In this document: one piece after another, positions 29,481-42,372 of the stretch
Numbering within the stretch: the first letter of the stretch is position 1
How the letters are laid out: each line of letters starts with the position of its first letter
Assembly (NCBI GenBank): GCA_964016885.1
Contig: OZ024763.1
Coordinates: 22,134,001 to 22,198,000 of the forward strand
Source of the DNA: Eledone cirrhosa
Taxonomy: Eukaryota
Length of the DNA: 64,000 nt
Direction: 5' to 3'
Program-made: the position numbers and the translations under genes
Notes under the pieces: model-generated
What the model was told of the DNA's origin: nothing
Database searches by the model: none
What the model saw: only the letters and a program-made list of their open reading frames with translations

Positions 29481-29528
29481 GGGCAACATGAAAAGGATGA
29501 TAAAGGAGAGAAAAATATGTAAACTTAC

Positions 29529-29612
29529 AGGTTTTACTTTGTCTCCTGAAGCTAACCCATTAACAGGTTGTAACGAGTCAAATAATTTGTCATACTTTGC
29601 CTTTTCAGAGGG
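29529..29612 (-). CDS. EPS15: EPS15-like exon (EH2)
   Basis: ttgcAG...GTAAGT; 84 nt; PSEKAKYDKLFDSLQPVNGLASGDKVKP. Confidence 0.93.
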
Positions 29613-29659
29613 CTGCAACAACAAACAAAAACAACAATAATAATAATAATAAAATAAAG

Positions 29660-30461
29660 GGAGGAGTGTGGGACTGTGTCCTGAATATATTTTTTTATCC
29701 CGTTCGTAAAATAAGTTGGATTACTTTGAATAAATAATGAATGAAATTACATAATTTATCTACAAAATTTCGTAGTTGTTGATTAAATATAAATATTCTT
29801 ATATAAAATGATTGCTTATTTTAAGATTCACTTCTTTTAAAATTTTCAAATGTCAATACACCGTAATGCAGTTTATATATAATATTGTCTTTTTTAAATG
29901 TATCATTGATTACTTTACTGATTACAGAAGAGAGTGTAACACAGTCTCTCTTCAATTTCTGTGCATATTCTCAATTACGATTTTATTTGATGTATCATAT
30001 CTACATGCATGTATCATCATCATCATTTTACGTCCACTTTTCCCTGCTTGCAAGGGTGGGACGGGAACTGATTCTGGCTTGATTTCTACAGCTGGATGCC
30101 CTTCCTAACACCAACCTCATTTACAGTGAGTGCTGGGTGCTTTTTTTCTGTGGCGCCTACACATCCACTTTACAGTGAGTGCTGGGTGCTTTTTTGCTGT
30201 GGCACCTCCACGACCATTTTGCAGTGGAATGATAGGGGCCCCAGTCCCTATCATCTCATTTCTACAGTTGAGTAAACTGGAGCAATGTGAAATAAAGTGT
30301 CTTGCTCAAGGAAACAACACATCACCTGGTCGGAGAATTGAACTCACAACCTTTCGATTGCAAGGCCAATGCTCTAACCACTAAGCCATGTGCCTCCATC
30401 TGTATATTTGCGTATAATATCAACATGCACACTACACCCGAAGGGTGGTTTTTCTGCTAGT
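29660..30461 (+). mobile_element. Helitron-like non-autonomous element interrupted by a SINE
   Basis: Homologous to 18335-18887; ends in hairpin CACCCGAAGGGTG followed by CTAG-T; SINE inserted at 30012-30398. Confidence 0.5.
30012..30398 (-). mobile_element. tRNA/CORE-like/RTE-tail SINE
   Basis: Same family as 34905. Confidence 0.85.
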
Positions 30462-30790
30462 TGTAATTTAATGCTTGAAAAATTTGGGGGTTGATGGGGG
30501 GGGGGGGGGGTTCAAATTTGGGCACAAGTGCATAATGTTCAGAGTAAGGATTACAACAACCTAGTACCTTTTCAGTGAGACTGCAACAACAAAAAAGAAT
30601 AATTGCTGATATTATCTAATGGTCACACAATATGAAATAAAGTGCATCGCCTAGCTGAGGTATCGAAATCACAACCTCACAATTGTTTATCCAAGTCTCT
30701 AACCACTAAGCCACTCACTTTCGCTTCACACGCCATAGTGTACTGGTTAGAGAGAAATAAAGTTAAGATAATAGAATAGATGTTACTTAC

Positions 30791-30874
30791 TAATATAACC
30801 CAGTTGGCAGCTACAGGATGTGGTGGACTCATAACTATTGTTTCTGGGGGAGAAAGGACTGGTTCTACAGGTCC
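30791..30874 (-). CDS. EPS15: EPS15-like exon (EH1-EH2 linker)
   Basis: ttgcAG...GTAAGT; 84 nt; GPVEPVLSPPETIVMSPPHPVAANWVIL. Confidence 0.85.
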
Positions 30875-31311
30875 CTGCAACAAAACAAGACAAATCATCA
30901 TCATCATCATCATCATTTAACGTCCATTTCTTCCACTAGCATGGGTTAGACAATAATAAAATTAAAATAACTTATATTATAAGAGTGTTGTCTGTCTGTT
31001 CATTTGTCACGCTCACTTTATATAGAGAGGGAAAGCGTCAAGTGAGAGATATATAAATAGATAGAGAGAGAGAAGGGAGAGTTTTGTTTTCGAGGCGACA
31101 GAAAGAGGTAGATGGACAGAAAGTTATGATGTCGCCCTCATCGATATAGAGAGAGAGGAGGAACATCAAGCAAGAGATATGTATATACATAGAGAGAGAA
31201 AAGGGAACGGCATGTTTTTTCAAGGTGACAGAAAGTTAGGATGTTGTTCTCATCTATATAGAGAGAGAAAAGGAACGTCATTTATTTATTGAGAGAGAGA
31301 AAAAGAGAGAG

Positions 31312-31359
<48 letters not shown>

Positions 31360-32049
31360 AGAAAGAGGGGGAAGATGATGCCACTCTTATCTAGTAATTA
31401 TAATAATACATCACTTTGATCGGTTTCTTATTTAGGCACAAGGCCAATAATTTGAGGGAAGGGGAAAGTTGATTAAATCAACCCCAGTATGTTACTGGTA
31501 CTTTATTTTATCGACCCCGTAACGTTGAAAGGAAAAGTTATAATAATGGTTTCGGATTTAGGCCCTAAGCCAACAATTTTGGGGTAGGGAAAGTCGATTA
31601 AATCGACCCCAGTGTGTTACTGGTATTTTATTTTATCGACCTTGTAACGATGAAAGGCAAAGCTAACCATGGCAGGATTTGAACTCAGAATGTAAAGAGA
31701 TGTAACTCTATGCTGCAAAGCATGTTGTCTGACACACTATCGGTACTACCAATCCACCACTCAATAATAATAATAATAGTTCCTCGTTTCGGTTGTACTG
31801 GTGTTACAACAAAAAACATCCAGTCCAGCCTGTAAAGTGGTCGCACTGGTGCTACAACAAAGAGCACCCAGTCCACCCTGCAAAGAGGTCACACTGGTGC
31901 TATGGCAAAAAGCACCCAATTCACCCTATAAGGTGATAGTGTTTGCTACACAACAAAAAAACACCCAATCCACGCTGTAAGGTGGTTGTACTGGTACCAC
32001 GACAAATAACACCCAGTCCACTCTGCAATAATTAATATAATTTGGTTCC

Positions 32050-32702
32050 ATTCATTTTGAGCGAAGACATTTTGGCAAATAACCATAGAAGAAAACATAA
32101 ATTTCCAATATCATTGTGGAACATTTTTAGCAGGCTTCAGAGGGATCTCCTGCGAACACATAATGCTGTAGAAGGGTGACACACTGCCTTCCAAGGCTGT
32201 CTATCTTGTAGTTACCCAACAGTTTGGCTCTTAATAGAGACTTTAAGAAGAGAGCCTACAAAGGACGAAATATTTTGAAATTTGTTCAGGAGAACCTGCA
32301 CAAAATGTAAACTTAGAAAGAAGAATTAAAAGCATTGTTGAATCAAAAGAAGATTTAGAAATCACAGATTATCTTGGATACCTTGCCTACAACAATACTT
32401 TTTGAAGTTTTATTCTTTCTAGAATTAATTTTTTCCATTTTAAACGTGAATTTATAGTTCTTTCTACCATAAAATGTGTCAATTTTTAATCATTTTTAAT
32501 TTGTTCGTTGTGAAGGTGAAATGATTTGCACAAAAAAAAATTGTAGATTTCTAGTATATTTTTATTTTTATAAACTTTGCTCAGAGTGTCTTTAAAAAAA
32601 CAGTTTGAGGTTCGCTCAAACTGACATCACTTAATAGGCATCGCTCAAAATGCACAGAATTTCAACATTGCTCAAAATGAGTTCGCTCAAACGACTGGAC
32701 AC
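32050..32702 (+). mobile_element. MULE (Mutator-like) transposase relic
   Basis: FPISLWNIFSRLQRDLLRTHNAVEG*H...YPTVW and RIKSIV...DYLGYLAYN match the MULE C-terminal RTNNxxEGWH/HPxIW pattern; (tt)cgctcaaa subterminal repeats. Confidence 0.7.
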
Positions 32703-32719
32703 GATATAATTTTACTTAC

Positions 32720-32863
32720 CAAATTTGGTGGTGGTGTTTCAGAAGGCAACCTCCCAAGTGAGATTTCGTGTCCAATTTGTGCAAGAGCTATCAACTTGAG
32801 GGCAATAAAGAATCCAGGTTTCTCTAAGTATCCTTTTCCAGTTGGGTCAGATAGGTCCCAGAT
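32720..32863 (-). CDS. EPS15: EPS15-like exon (EH1 second EF hand)
   Basis: tttcAG...GTAAGT; 144 nt; IWDLSDPTGKGYLEKPGFFIALKLIALAQIGHEISLGRLPSETPPPNL. Confidence 0.93.
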
Positions 32864-34904
32864 CTGAAACAGACAGGGTCAAGGAGACGTTGATGCCATA
32901 ACAAATAGATATATAAAAAAAGAGATCTGCATGATAAATGCACCCAGTACACTCTGTAAAGTGGTTGATGATAGGTTAGGATGGGCATCTAGCTATAAAA
33001 ATGGAAACCTGCCAAAACAAAGGATTGGGAGAGCTATTCAGTTGTGTCAATAATGTGACAACCTTCTCAGTACACTCTGCAGACCAATTAGGGAATAACA
33101 CATCTAGCATTCGTTTTGTTTTGCAGCGTTTTTTTGTTTTTACATTTGAAAAGAGGATTATAACCCTGAAATATTATGTTGAAATATACTGGGTAAGAAA
33201 AACATTACTTTGTTTTGTTTTATTTGTCATCCTTTGCCCTTTATATATTTCTACCACATTGTACTGACTTTTTGAAACTTATCAGTCATTTATTATATAT
33301 CTCACAATGTTTCAAATTAACTATGCTAATAATAATTGTTTCTACTATTGGCACAAGGCCTGCAATTACCCCAGTACATTACTGGTACTTTATTTTATCG
33401 ACCCCGTAAGGATGAAAGGCAAAGTGAACCTCGGCGGGATTTGAACCCTCACCATAAAGGGGCATTGCTGCAAAGCATGGCGTCCGACCTTCTACTGATA
33501 CTAATGATTTCTGATCTAGACACAAGGCCAACAATTTTTGGGTATCGGAAAGTCAATTAAATCAACCCCAGTGCATTACTGGTACTTTATTTTATCAACC
33601 CCCGTAGGGATGCAACGCAAAGCTAACCTCAGTGGGATTTGAACTCAGAACATAAATGGCCATAACCCTATGCCATGAAGCATGGTGCCAGACACTCTAA
33701 TGAGACTGCTAATCGACTGCCCTTAACTATAATAATAATAGTAGTGTGGTAACACTCTTGTGTAGTAACACTGTAGTATAGTAAGACTGTAGTGTCTGGA
33801 ATTAGAGATCAACCACATGTGGATGATGACCACAAACACTATCTCTGGGGTAATAATAACATTAGGATTAATACCCAAATCATCAGACCTGCACCTTAGC
33901 ATCCTTCCCTGCAAGATCAGCAAATATGAGCTACAGATCAGGCTTCTAGGAACAAGACACATTCTCAGACGAGTTCTCTCTCTACAATGTAAACATCTAT
34001 TGCCCTAGGTTCAAGGCCTGAACCTGGCAACAGAGAAACAGAACTGAGCTAAACGGAAACCACAAAGGGTTTAATGATAATAATAATGAAATCTTTGTCA
34101 AATAAAAAAAATATAGAGAAGCAGGTCATATGAAACAATGTCATTCATCTAGCCACTATATAGGATCGGCCTCACTTAAATAAAAGACCAAATCACTGAT
34201 GGACTTGACAGACTATCACACTCGTACAAAAGACAGGCCACTTTCAAGAAGACCCCATTAAATAACATCTTTTATCCAATCACCGATATATAGGATAGGG
34301 TAGGGCCCCACTTATATAAGCAACCAGCATACTGATGGATTATCCCACCCATAGAAAAGACAGGCCACATTACTTCGATAATGCCCATCTAACCTTCATC
34401 CATATATAGGGATAGACCCCACTTATATAACTGACCACATTACTGATGGATTATCCCACCCATAGAAAATACAGGCCAGATTAGTTAAATAACATTCTTC
34501 ATCTAACCAACACCGCCACCCACACAGAGGATAAGATCACTTATATGGAGGACCAAGATAGTAAGAGACAATCCTATTGGTGTTTACATAACTGGTATTC
34601 AGTCAATGCTAAAAACAGGATGGGTTAGATAAATGCCATTTATATCATCATCATCACCACCATCATCATTTAACATGTTTCTTCCACACAATCACACACA
34701 TGCTAGCAAGGGTTGGACAAACCAAGTCAGTTCTCAAACAAAGCTACTGGCTTCTCACATACATTGAACGAAGCCTGCATCTCACATACATTCCCATGCT
34801 ATATGTATGTATGTAAATCATTAGCAACAGCAGCATCGTTTAACGTCCATCTTCCACACTGGACGTTAAACAATGATGATGATATACATACATACATATA
34901 TATA

Positions 34905-35244
34905 TGGAGGCACATGGCTTAGTGGTTAGAGCATTGGCCTTGCAATCGAAAGGTTGTGAGTTCAATTCTCAGACCGGGTGATGTGTTGTTTCCTTGAGCA
35001 AGACACTTTATTTCACATTGCTCCAGTTTACTCAGCTGTAGAAATGAGATGATAGGGACTGGGATCCCTATCATTCCACTGCAAAGTGGCCGTGGAGGTG
35101 CCATGGCAAAAAAGCACCCAGCACTTACTGTAAATGAGGTTGGTGTTAGGAAGGGCATCCAGCTTTAGAAATCAAGCCAGAATCAATTCCCGTCCCACCC
35201 TTGAAAGCAGGGAAAAAGCGGACGTAAAATGAAATGATGAATGA

Positions 35245-35250
<6 letters not shown>
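34905..35250 (+). mobile_element. tRNA-derived SINE with CORE-like centre and RTE 3' tail
   Basis: A box TGGCTTAGTGG, B box GTTCAATTC, CCTTGAGCAAGACACTT; 3' end resembles the RTE 3' end plus (ATG)n. Confidence 0.88.
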
Positions 35251-35277
<27 letters not shown>

Positions 35278-36443
35278 TTTGGGAATAACCAAAGAGTGCT
35301 TAGAAATACATTAACTTAGAAATACTATAACGGCTCTGTAGTATACCAGTTATCCTACATTGATCTAAAACCACACTGTCATATCAAGGGCAATATATCT
35401 GCGTGTCTGGGCACATTGATATATTTGTCAACGAAACTATATATATATAATATATATATACATACAGGGTGTCCTAAAAACATACGTACACACTTCAACA
35501 GCATTCTAATTGAAGTGTGTATATATTTTTTGGGGGGACACCCTATATATGTATATATATATGGTGGGTTAGTGCATTTTAATTTACCTTTCCAATTATT
35601 ATGTATTTTCCACACTTTCCATAGACTTTATGCCTTTCACTCTAATGGTTCTCTACTCCTCGTAATTCAAAACATACTCTTTCTCTTTTGTGTGTTCTTC
35701 TCTATATATTATATTATGAAGAGCCCAGTACTTATACCTTGAGCTCATTTAATTACAGGGGATTAACGTGAGTCTTTAACTTCGTTTTTTCATTTGATAT
35801 ATATATATATATAATTACAAGGATGATTTGCTATGCCTTCATTAGGTTTATTGATTGGCGACACGCGTTTCGGTATTGATCAGCTCAAGGTTTGATTTGT
35901 ATCGATCTGGCCCGACTCTAGACTCAAAAGCTTGTCGGACCTCTGCTGTTGCAATTATATATATATATCCCCGTCTAACCCATGCTAGCGTGGAAGATGG
36001 ACGTTAAACGAAGATGATGAGATGATGATGATATCATAACCAGTTGGGACCCTACAGCTGAGCTCTCGCCACTTCAACAGCTAGTTCCAGAATGTAACCA
36101 TACTCTACTACCCCAAGTATTGAGTACTCTGTTGAGTAATATTCGTCATTCTTTTTATGTTGACTTTTCCAAGCTGGCATGGGTTGGATGTGACTTTTTG
36201 AGGCAATTTTATTACAGCCAGAAACATTCCTGACACAAACCTTTCTAGTAGCTTCTTATGACATGCAATGATAGTATGTACCTATATTATACCAGATACA
36301 TATACACACACACATACACACATGTGTACGTGTGTGTGTATATATCATATATATATATATATATATATATAAATGTATATATATATATATGTGTATATAT
36401 ATATATACATGTATATATATATATATATATGTGTATATACATA

Positions 36444-36474
<31 letters not shown>

Positions 36475-36475
36475 G

Positions 36476-36835
36476 ATAAGAGGGATCAGATGTTGTTTAC
36501 TCGAGAGAAGGCTACGTTGGTATGGACACGTGATGCGCATGAAAGTCGATAGCTGTTTAACAAAGTGCAGGGCAATAAAGATAGACGGTAGTCACGGAAT
36601 AGGCAGACCTAGAAAAACCTGGGACGAGCTGATAAACTCCGACATCACACACTTACACCTCTCCAAGACAATGTCACTGGACCGAGACCTTTGGCGGTAC
36701 TCAGTAACAGAGAAGACCCGCCTTACCTAAATATATAGTAAAACCTACTCCAGCCAGTAGGCATCTCTAACAAATACACCCCGTCCCACCACCCCCACCC
36801 GATCCACACCACCCCGTTCTATGTAAAGTTATGTT
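36476..36835 (+). mobile_element. RTE second family, 3' fragment
   Basis: [19 protein letters not shown]...EKTRLT. Confidence 0.9.
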
Positions 36836-36974
36836 GTGTTTCTTATTGGCAACATGACCCTCCCAAAGTATAACAATATATATATATATATATATAAGTG
36901 AGATTGACTAAAACTCTTTTTGGTCTGTCTGCCTTATACTCCAATAAATAGTTTTTGCACTTAAATTTAATATG

Positions 36975-37029
<55 letters not shown>

Positions 37030-37599
37030 ATATATAATTACATATTAAATTTAAGTGAAAAAACTATTTATTGGAGTATAAATTATTTTTTTCTTTATTT
37101 TTATATATACAATATTTATGTTTTTTTATATATATATTTATGTTTTTTTCTTATATATATATATAATTATATGTGTGTGTGTATGTATGTATGCATGTGT
37201 ATGTGTATATATGTGTGTGTAGGTATATGTATATATATATATATGTATATGTATATATGTGTATATATATTTATATATTTTAGAGTTAAACATGGTTCAT
37301 ATGAATACATCTAAGAATGAGTTTTACACACATACATATGTGTATGTTTGTATTTGTATGAATGTGTTTGTGATATGTATGCATATGTATGTGTATGTAT
37401 GTATGGATATGTATCTATGTATATATATATATATTATATCTATGTATATATATATATATTATATTTGTGAGTGGTGTGCGTGATTGTATGCATGAATGAG
37501 TGTTGGTATGTGTGGTTGTGGTTTGTATGCATGAGTATTAGTGTGTGAGTCGTGTCAATAAGTTTCCTTTTTTTTTTTTTTTTTTTTTTAATGACCATG

Positions 37600-40500
37600 C
37601 TGTAAAATGGAGGGGTAGAGAGGGCCCTTGAGTCTAGTAAGACATCCTCTCTAGTGCTGGTGGCACAAATAAAAGCACCCAGTCCATGCTGTAAAGTGGC
37701 GCTGGTGTTAGGAAGGGCATCCAACCAGTGTATCAATGCCAAAAAGCTTATCAGCACAGCAACAAAACAGCATAGAAAAAAATATGAAGACGTCGCATCT
37801 CAGAGTTGCAACACTTAATGTTGGCACTCTCAGAGGTAGGTCTGCTGAAATAGCGGAGATGCTGGAGAGAAGGCAGGTGGATGTGTGCTGCGTGCAAGAG
37901 GTGAGATGGAGGGGTGCCTCTGCGAGACTAGTCGTAGGCAAGCGTCTTAGCTATAAGCTATTCTGGGTAGGTAAGGATGATGGGTTAGGGGGAGTAGGCA
38001 TTTTCCTGGCTGAGAAATGGATCAATAAGACAATAGAGGTAGTTCGAGTTAGTAATCGAATAATTAAGCTTAGATTAGTTGTAGGTAGGAGACTACTGAC
38101 AATCATCTAGGTCTATGCTCCCCAAGCAGGCCTAGGCAAAGATGAGAAAGACTGCTTTTATGAGCAACTTTTGCAAACAACCACAATGACAGAGGACGGA
38201 GACATCGTTATGCTAGCAGGAGACTTCAATGGTCATGTTGGACAGCTCCAGGATGGTTACACTGGGGTACATGGTGGGCACGGTTACGGTTCAAGAAATG
38301 AAGAAGGAGTGAGACTTCTTGAATTTTGTGATGCAAGTACATTGACTATTTGCAACACAAACTTCCAGAAACCTGCCAATCACCTAATAACCTACAAATC
38401 TGGTGAGCACATAAGCCAGATTGACTTCCTGCTAGTTAGGCAGCGGGACAGGCAGATAGTGTCTAATACCAAGGCATACCCTGGGGAAGAATGTACCCCA
38501 CAGCATAGGTTAGTTGTTAGTGATATCTCAGTAAGCAAGAGATGGAATGAGACATATAGGAAGGTGTGGAGAAGAAAGGTCTGGAAGCTAAAAGACCTTT
38601 CACTAAAATTCAAATTTAGGAAAGCCCTTCAAGATGTATATGACGAAAAAGAAGACGATTTAGAGACGTATGACATAGATAATAACTGGAAGTTCTTACG
38701 TGACAACTTGCTGAAGGCTACTGATGAAACCTGTGGCTGGAGCAGAGCTCCAACCAGACAGAGAGTGACCTGGTGGTGGAACAGCAGTGTAGATAAGGCT
38801 ATTAGAGACAAAAGACTAGCATGGAAGGCTTGGAATAAGGGTGGGAGTAGGGAAGAATATACAGCCACTAAGAGAGAAGCTAGACGTCAGGTGTACTTAG
38901 CACGCAGGGAGGCAGAGAGTAGGAGGTTTGCCAATGTTCTGCGACGGGAAGATCAGAGGCGTGCGGTGTTCCACATTGCAAGGCAGTGTGTCAATGCAAA
39001 TCAGGATGTTGTTGGTGATAAATGTGTCCGGGATGATGCCGGTGTACTTAGTGTCACGAATGACCAGAAAAAGGAGGCCTGGAAATGTCATTATGAGAGA
39101 CTGATGAATGTGGAGAACGAATGGGAGAGAGAGAAATTACCCTTGGTAGATCCGACAGAGGGACCAGCTATTGAGATTGACGAATATAGGGTCCAAGAGG
39201 CGATTAGGGAAATGAAAAATGGTAAGGCGGCCGGACCATCGGGAATAGTTGCTGAGATGCTGAAGGCATCAGGGGACGTAGGCACTAAACTGGTTGCACG
39301 CATAATCAATCAGGCTATATATGGTGGTGTCATACCCAAAGACTGGTGCAGCAGTATTCTCATAAATTGCTACAAAGGTAAAGGGGATGCTTTGGAGAGG
39401 AGCAATTATAGGGGTATAAAACTGATAGATCAGGTTATGAAAGTGGCAGAAAGGATTCTAGCACAACTAATTAGAGAAAGGGTCAAACTGGATGAGATGC
39501 AGTTTGGTTTTGTGCCTGGGAAGAGTACAACAGATGCCCTCTTCTTGGTGAGACAAATGCAAGAGAGGTTCTTAGAGAAGAATAAGCCACTATACTTAGC
39601 CTTTGTTGACCTAGAGAAGGCCTTTGATAGGGTACCCCGATCTGTCATCTGGTGGTCCCTAAGGAAGCTGGGTGTTGAGGAATGGCTTGTAAGGACAGTG
39701 CAAACTTTGTACAGAGGTACTCTCAGTAAAGTCAGGGTAGGAATGGAGTTTAGTGAGGAATTCCAGATACAAGTAGGAGTACATCAGGGTTCGGTCCTCA
39801 GCCCGCTCTTGTTCATTATAGTCCTCCAAGCCATAACAGAGGAGTTTAAGACTGGCTGTCCATGGGAACTTCTCTATGCTGACGATCTGGCTCTTATGGC
39901 AGAATCAGTAGAGGAGCTAGAGAATAAATTCTGGCTATGGAAACAGCAGTTGGAAGCAAGAGGACTGAGAGTAAATCTAGCTAAGACAAAAGTGTTGATG
40001 AGTAGAAAAGAGGACAAAACCCTGATTCCGTCAGGGAAATGGCCATGTTCGATATGCAGAAAAGGAACTGGCATAAATTCTATAAAATGCACACAATGTA
40101 GGTCCTGGGTACACAAGAGATGTAGCGGGATAGCAGGCAAACTAACAGGTAGGGAGAAATATGTATGCAGTAGATGTACAGGGAAATTAGACAGTAGAAG
40201 TCGCACTGATAGACACATTTTTCAAATGCGAGAGGGCGCTATAGAAGTGGTGGATAGCTTCCGGTACCTAGGAGATCAGATTAGCATGGGAGGAGGGTGT
40301 TCCGAGGCCATAGTATCTAGAATAAGGACGGGTTGGAAGAAGTTTAGGGAGCTGCTTCCTCTGTTGACGAAGAAGGGTTTCTCCCTGCGTACGAAAGGCC
40401 GGTTGTATGATGCCTGTGTGAGGAGCGCGATGCTGCATGGTAGTGAGACATGGGCAGCTACCGCAGAAGATATGCGACGGCTGGAGAGAAATGAGGCAAG

Positions 40501-40872
40501 CATGCTCCGTTGGATGTGCAGTGTAAATGTGCGTGAACGACCCAGCATAAATGTGTTGAGAGAGAAACTGTGTCTGAGAGGGATAGAATGTAGTGTACGG
40601 GAGAGGAGACTGAGGTGGTATGGACATGTGATGCGCATGGAGGATGACCGATGGGTGAAGAAGTGCCAGGAAATGCCAGTTGAAGGAAGACGTGGTAGAG
40701 GTAGACCACGAAAAACATGGGCGGAGGTGGTGAGAACAGACCTCAGATCATTGAAGCTCACGGTGGAGATGACGAGGGACCGTGACGAGTGGAGAGATGC
40801 TGTGCTGAATAAGACCCGTCCCACCCTTGCAGGCAGGGAGAAGCGGACGTAAAATGATGATGATGATGATGA
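37600..40872 (+). mobile_element. Near full-length RTE-clade LINE (APE endonuclease, RT, PHD-like finger) with one in-frame stop
   Basis: ORFs 37736-38110 and 38171-40852 are in one frame, split by TAG 38108-10. Motifs TLNVGTL, VQEVRW, AGDFNGH, HRLVV, QFGF, DLEKAFDRV, GVHQGSVLSP, YADD; (ATG)n tail. Confidence 0.95.
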
Positions 40873-42051
40873 TATAGTGTTGACAGCCATACAGGCAACA
40901 AATAAATGAACAAACACACATGGTAAGCAATACACACAATTGCACGTACACATACATACGTAAAAATAAATACATACACATACACATACATATACAAATA
41001 CATACGCATACACATATACATACACACACACACATATACACACACATATATATTACTCCTATTACCCACTCTACTACCCTAAGTATTGAGTACTTTGGTG
41101 CGTTATGGTCCACCTGGTTCCTTACCACTTTTCCTTCGCTATATATATATATGTATGTGTGTGTATATATGTATATGTGTGTGTGTGTGTATATGTATAT
41201 GTGTGTGTGTATGTATATGTGTATGCATACGCATACACATATACATACACACACATATGTATGTGTATATGTATGTGTATATGTATTTGTATATGTATGT
41301 GTATGTGTGAGAGTGTGTGTATGTATTTATTTTTATGTATGTATGTGTACGTGCAATTGTGTGTATTGCTTACCACGTGTGTTTGTTCATTTATTTGTTG
41401 CCTGTATCGCTGTCAACACTATAATAGTCTTTATATTCATTTTTATTCTTATGTGACGGTATTTTTATTATTATATTTTTTCTTATAATTATTTGTGTGT
41501 GTGAGTATGTAGGTGTGTGTACATATTTCTATATTTGTGCATGCGTATGTATGCGTGTATATATGTGTGTATGTATGTGTATGTATGTACGTGTGTATAT
41601 ATGTATGATTGTGTGTATGTATGTATGTGTATGTATATATGTATGTATATGTATGTGTATATATATATATATATATATGTGTATATATATATGCATGTGT
41701 GTGTATGTATGTATATATGTTTATGTGTATATATATGCATGTATATGTGTGTGTGTGTGTGCATGTTTGTGTATTTGTATGTATGTGTATGTATGGATAT
41801 GTTGATAATTATGTGTGTATGTATGTATGTGTATATGTATGTGTATGTATATATATACACATATATGTGTGCGTGTATATGTGTGTGTGTGTGTATGTAT
41901 ATATATATGTGTATGTATATAATTGTGTGTGTGTGTGTGTGTGTTTGCATGTGTGTTTATTTTTCCTTTCCTTCTTCCTTTTCCAGCCTCACTTTCACAT
42001 AGATTATATTTTTGTTTTTAAAATCCAATGCCAATAAATACACCAGGATTT

Positions 42052-42111
42052 TTTCATTCTGATGATTGAAAGCAAAATCTTTTGCTTTTAAGAAACCACT
42101 GGTAAATGAAA
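42052..42111 (+). ncRNA. Type I hammerhead ribozyme
   Basis: Stem I TTTCATT/AATGAAA; CTGATGA; 11-bp stem II TTGAAAGCAAA-atct-TTTGCTTTTAA; GAAA; stem III ACC-act-GGT; GUA cleavage triplet. Confidence 0.85.
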
Positions 42112-42212
42112 TAATTGCCTTATGTTGTTTATTACATAACTATATATATATATATTTATATATATATATATATAAGAAGAAGAAATTAAAAGATGGTTAA
42201 AAAAGTTCCATG

Positions 42213-42283
42213 TATTTTATTATGCGCATTTCATAAACAAATATCATCCTGGGACGATAGTTGCGTTTTCATCAGATAAAATA
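42213..42283 (-). ncRNA. Mirror-image hammerhead in left arm of same palindrome
   Basis: Reverse complement of the 42302 motif, with palindromic stem III ATGCGCAT and two mismatches near the base of stem II. Confidence 0.72.
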
Positions 42284-42301
42284 AGGTAACATATGTTACC
42301 G

Positions 42302-42372
42302 TATTTTATCTGATGAAAACGCAACTATCGTCCCAGGATGATATTTGTGTTTGAAATGCTCATAATAAAATA
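42302..42372 (+). ncRNA. Type I hammerhead ribozyme in right arm of fold-back element
   Basis: Stem I TATTTTAT/ATAAAATA; CTGATGA; stem II AAACGCAA-c-TATCGTC-ccag-GATGATA-t-TTGTGTTT; GAAA; stem III ATG-ct-CAT; AUA triplet. Confidence 0.82.

Noticed and set aside
34905-34980. tRNA gene
   Set aside because: tRNA-like A/B boxes are the head of a multi-copy SINE that continues into CORE-like and RTE tail sequence.
38108-38110. Programmed stop-codon readthrough in the RTE
   Set aside because: The TAG lies in the middle of the endonuclease domain without a known readthrough context; a point mutation is the simpler explanation.
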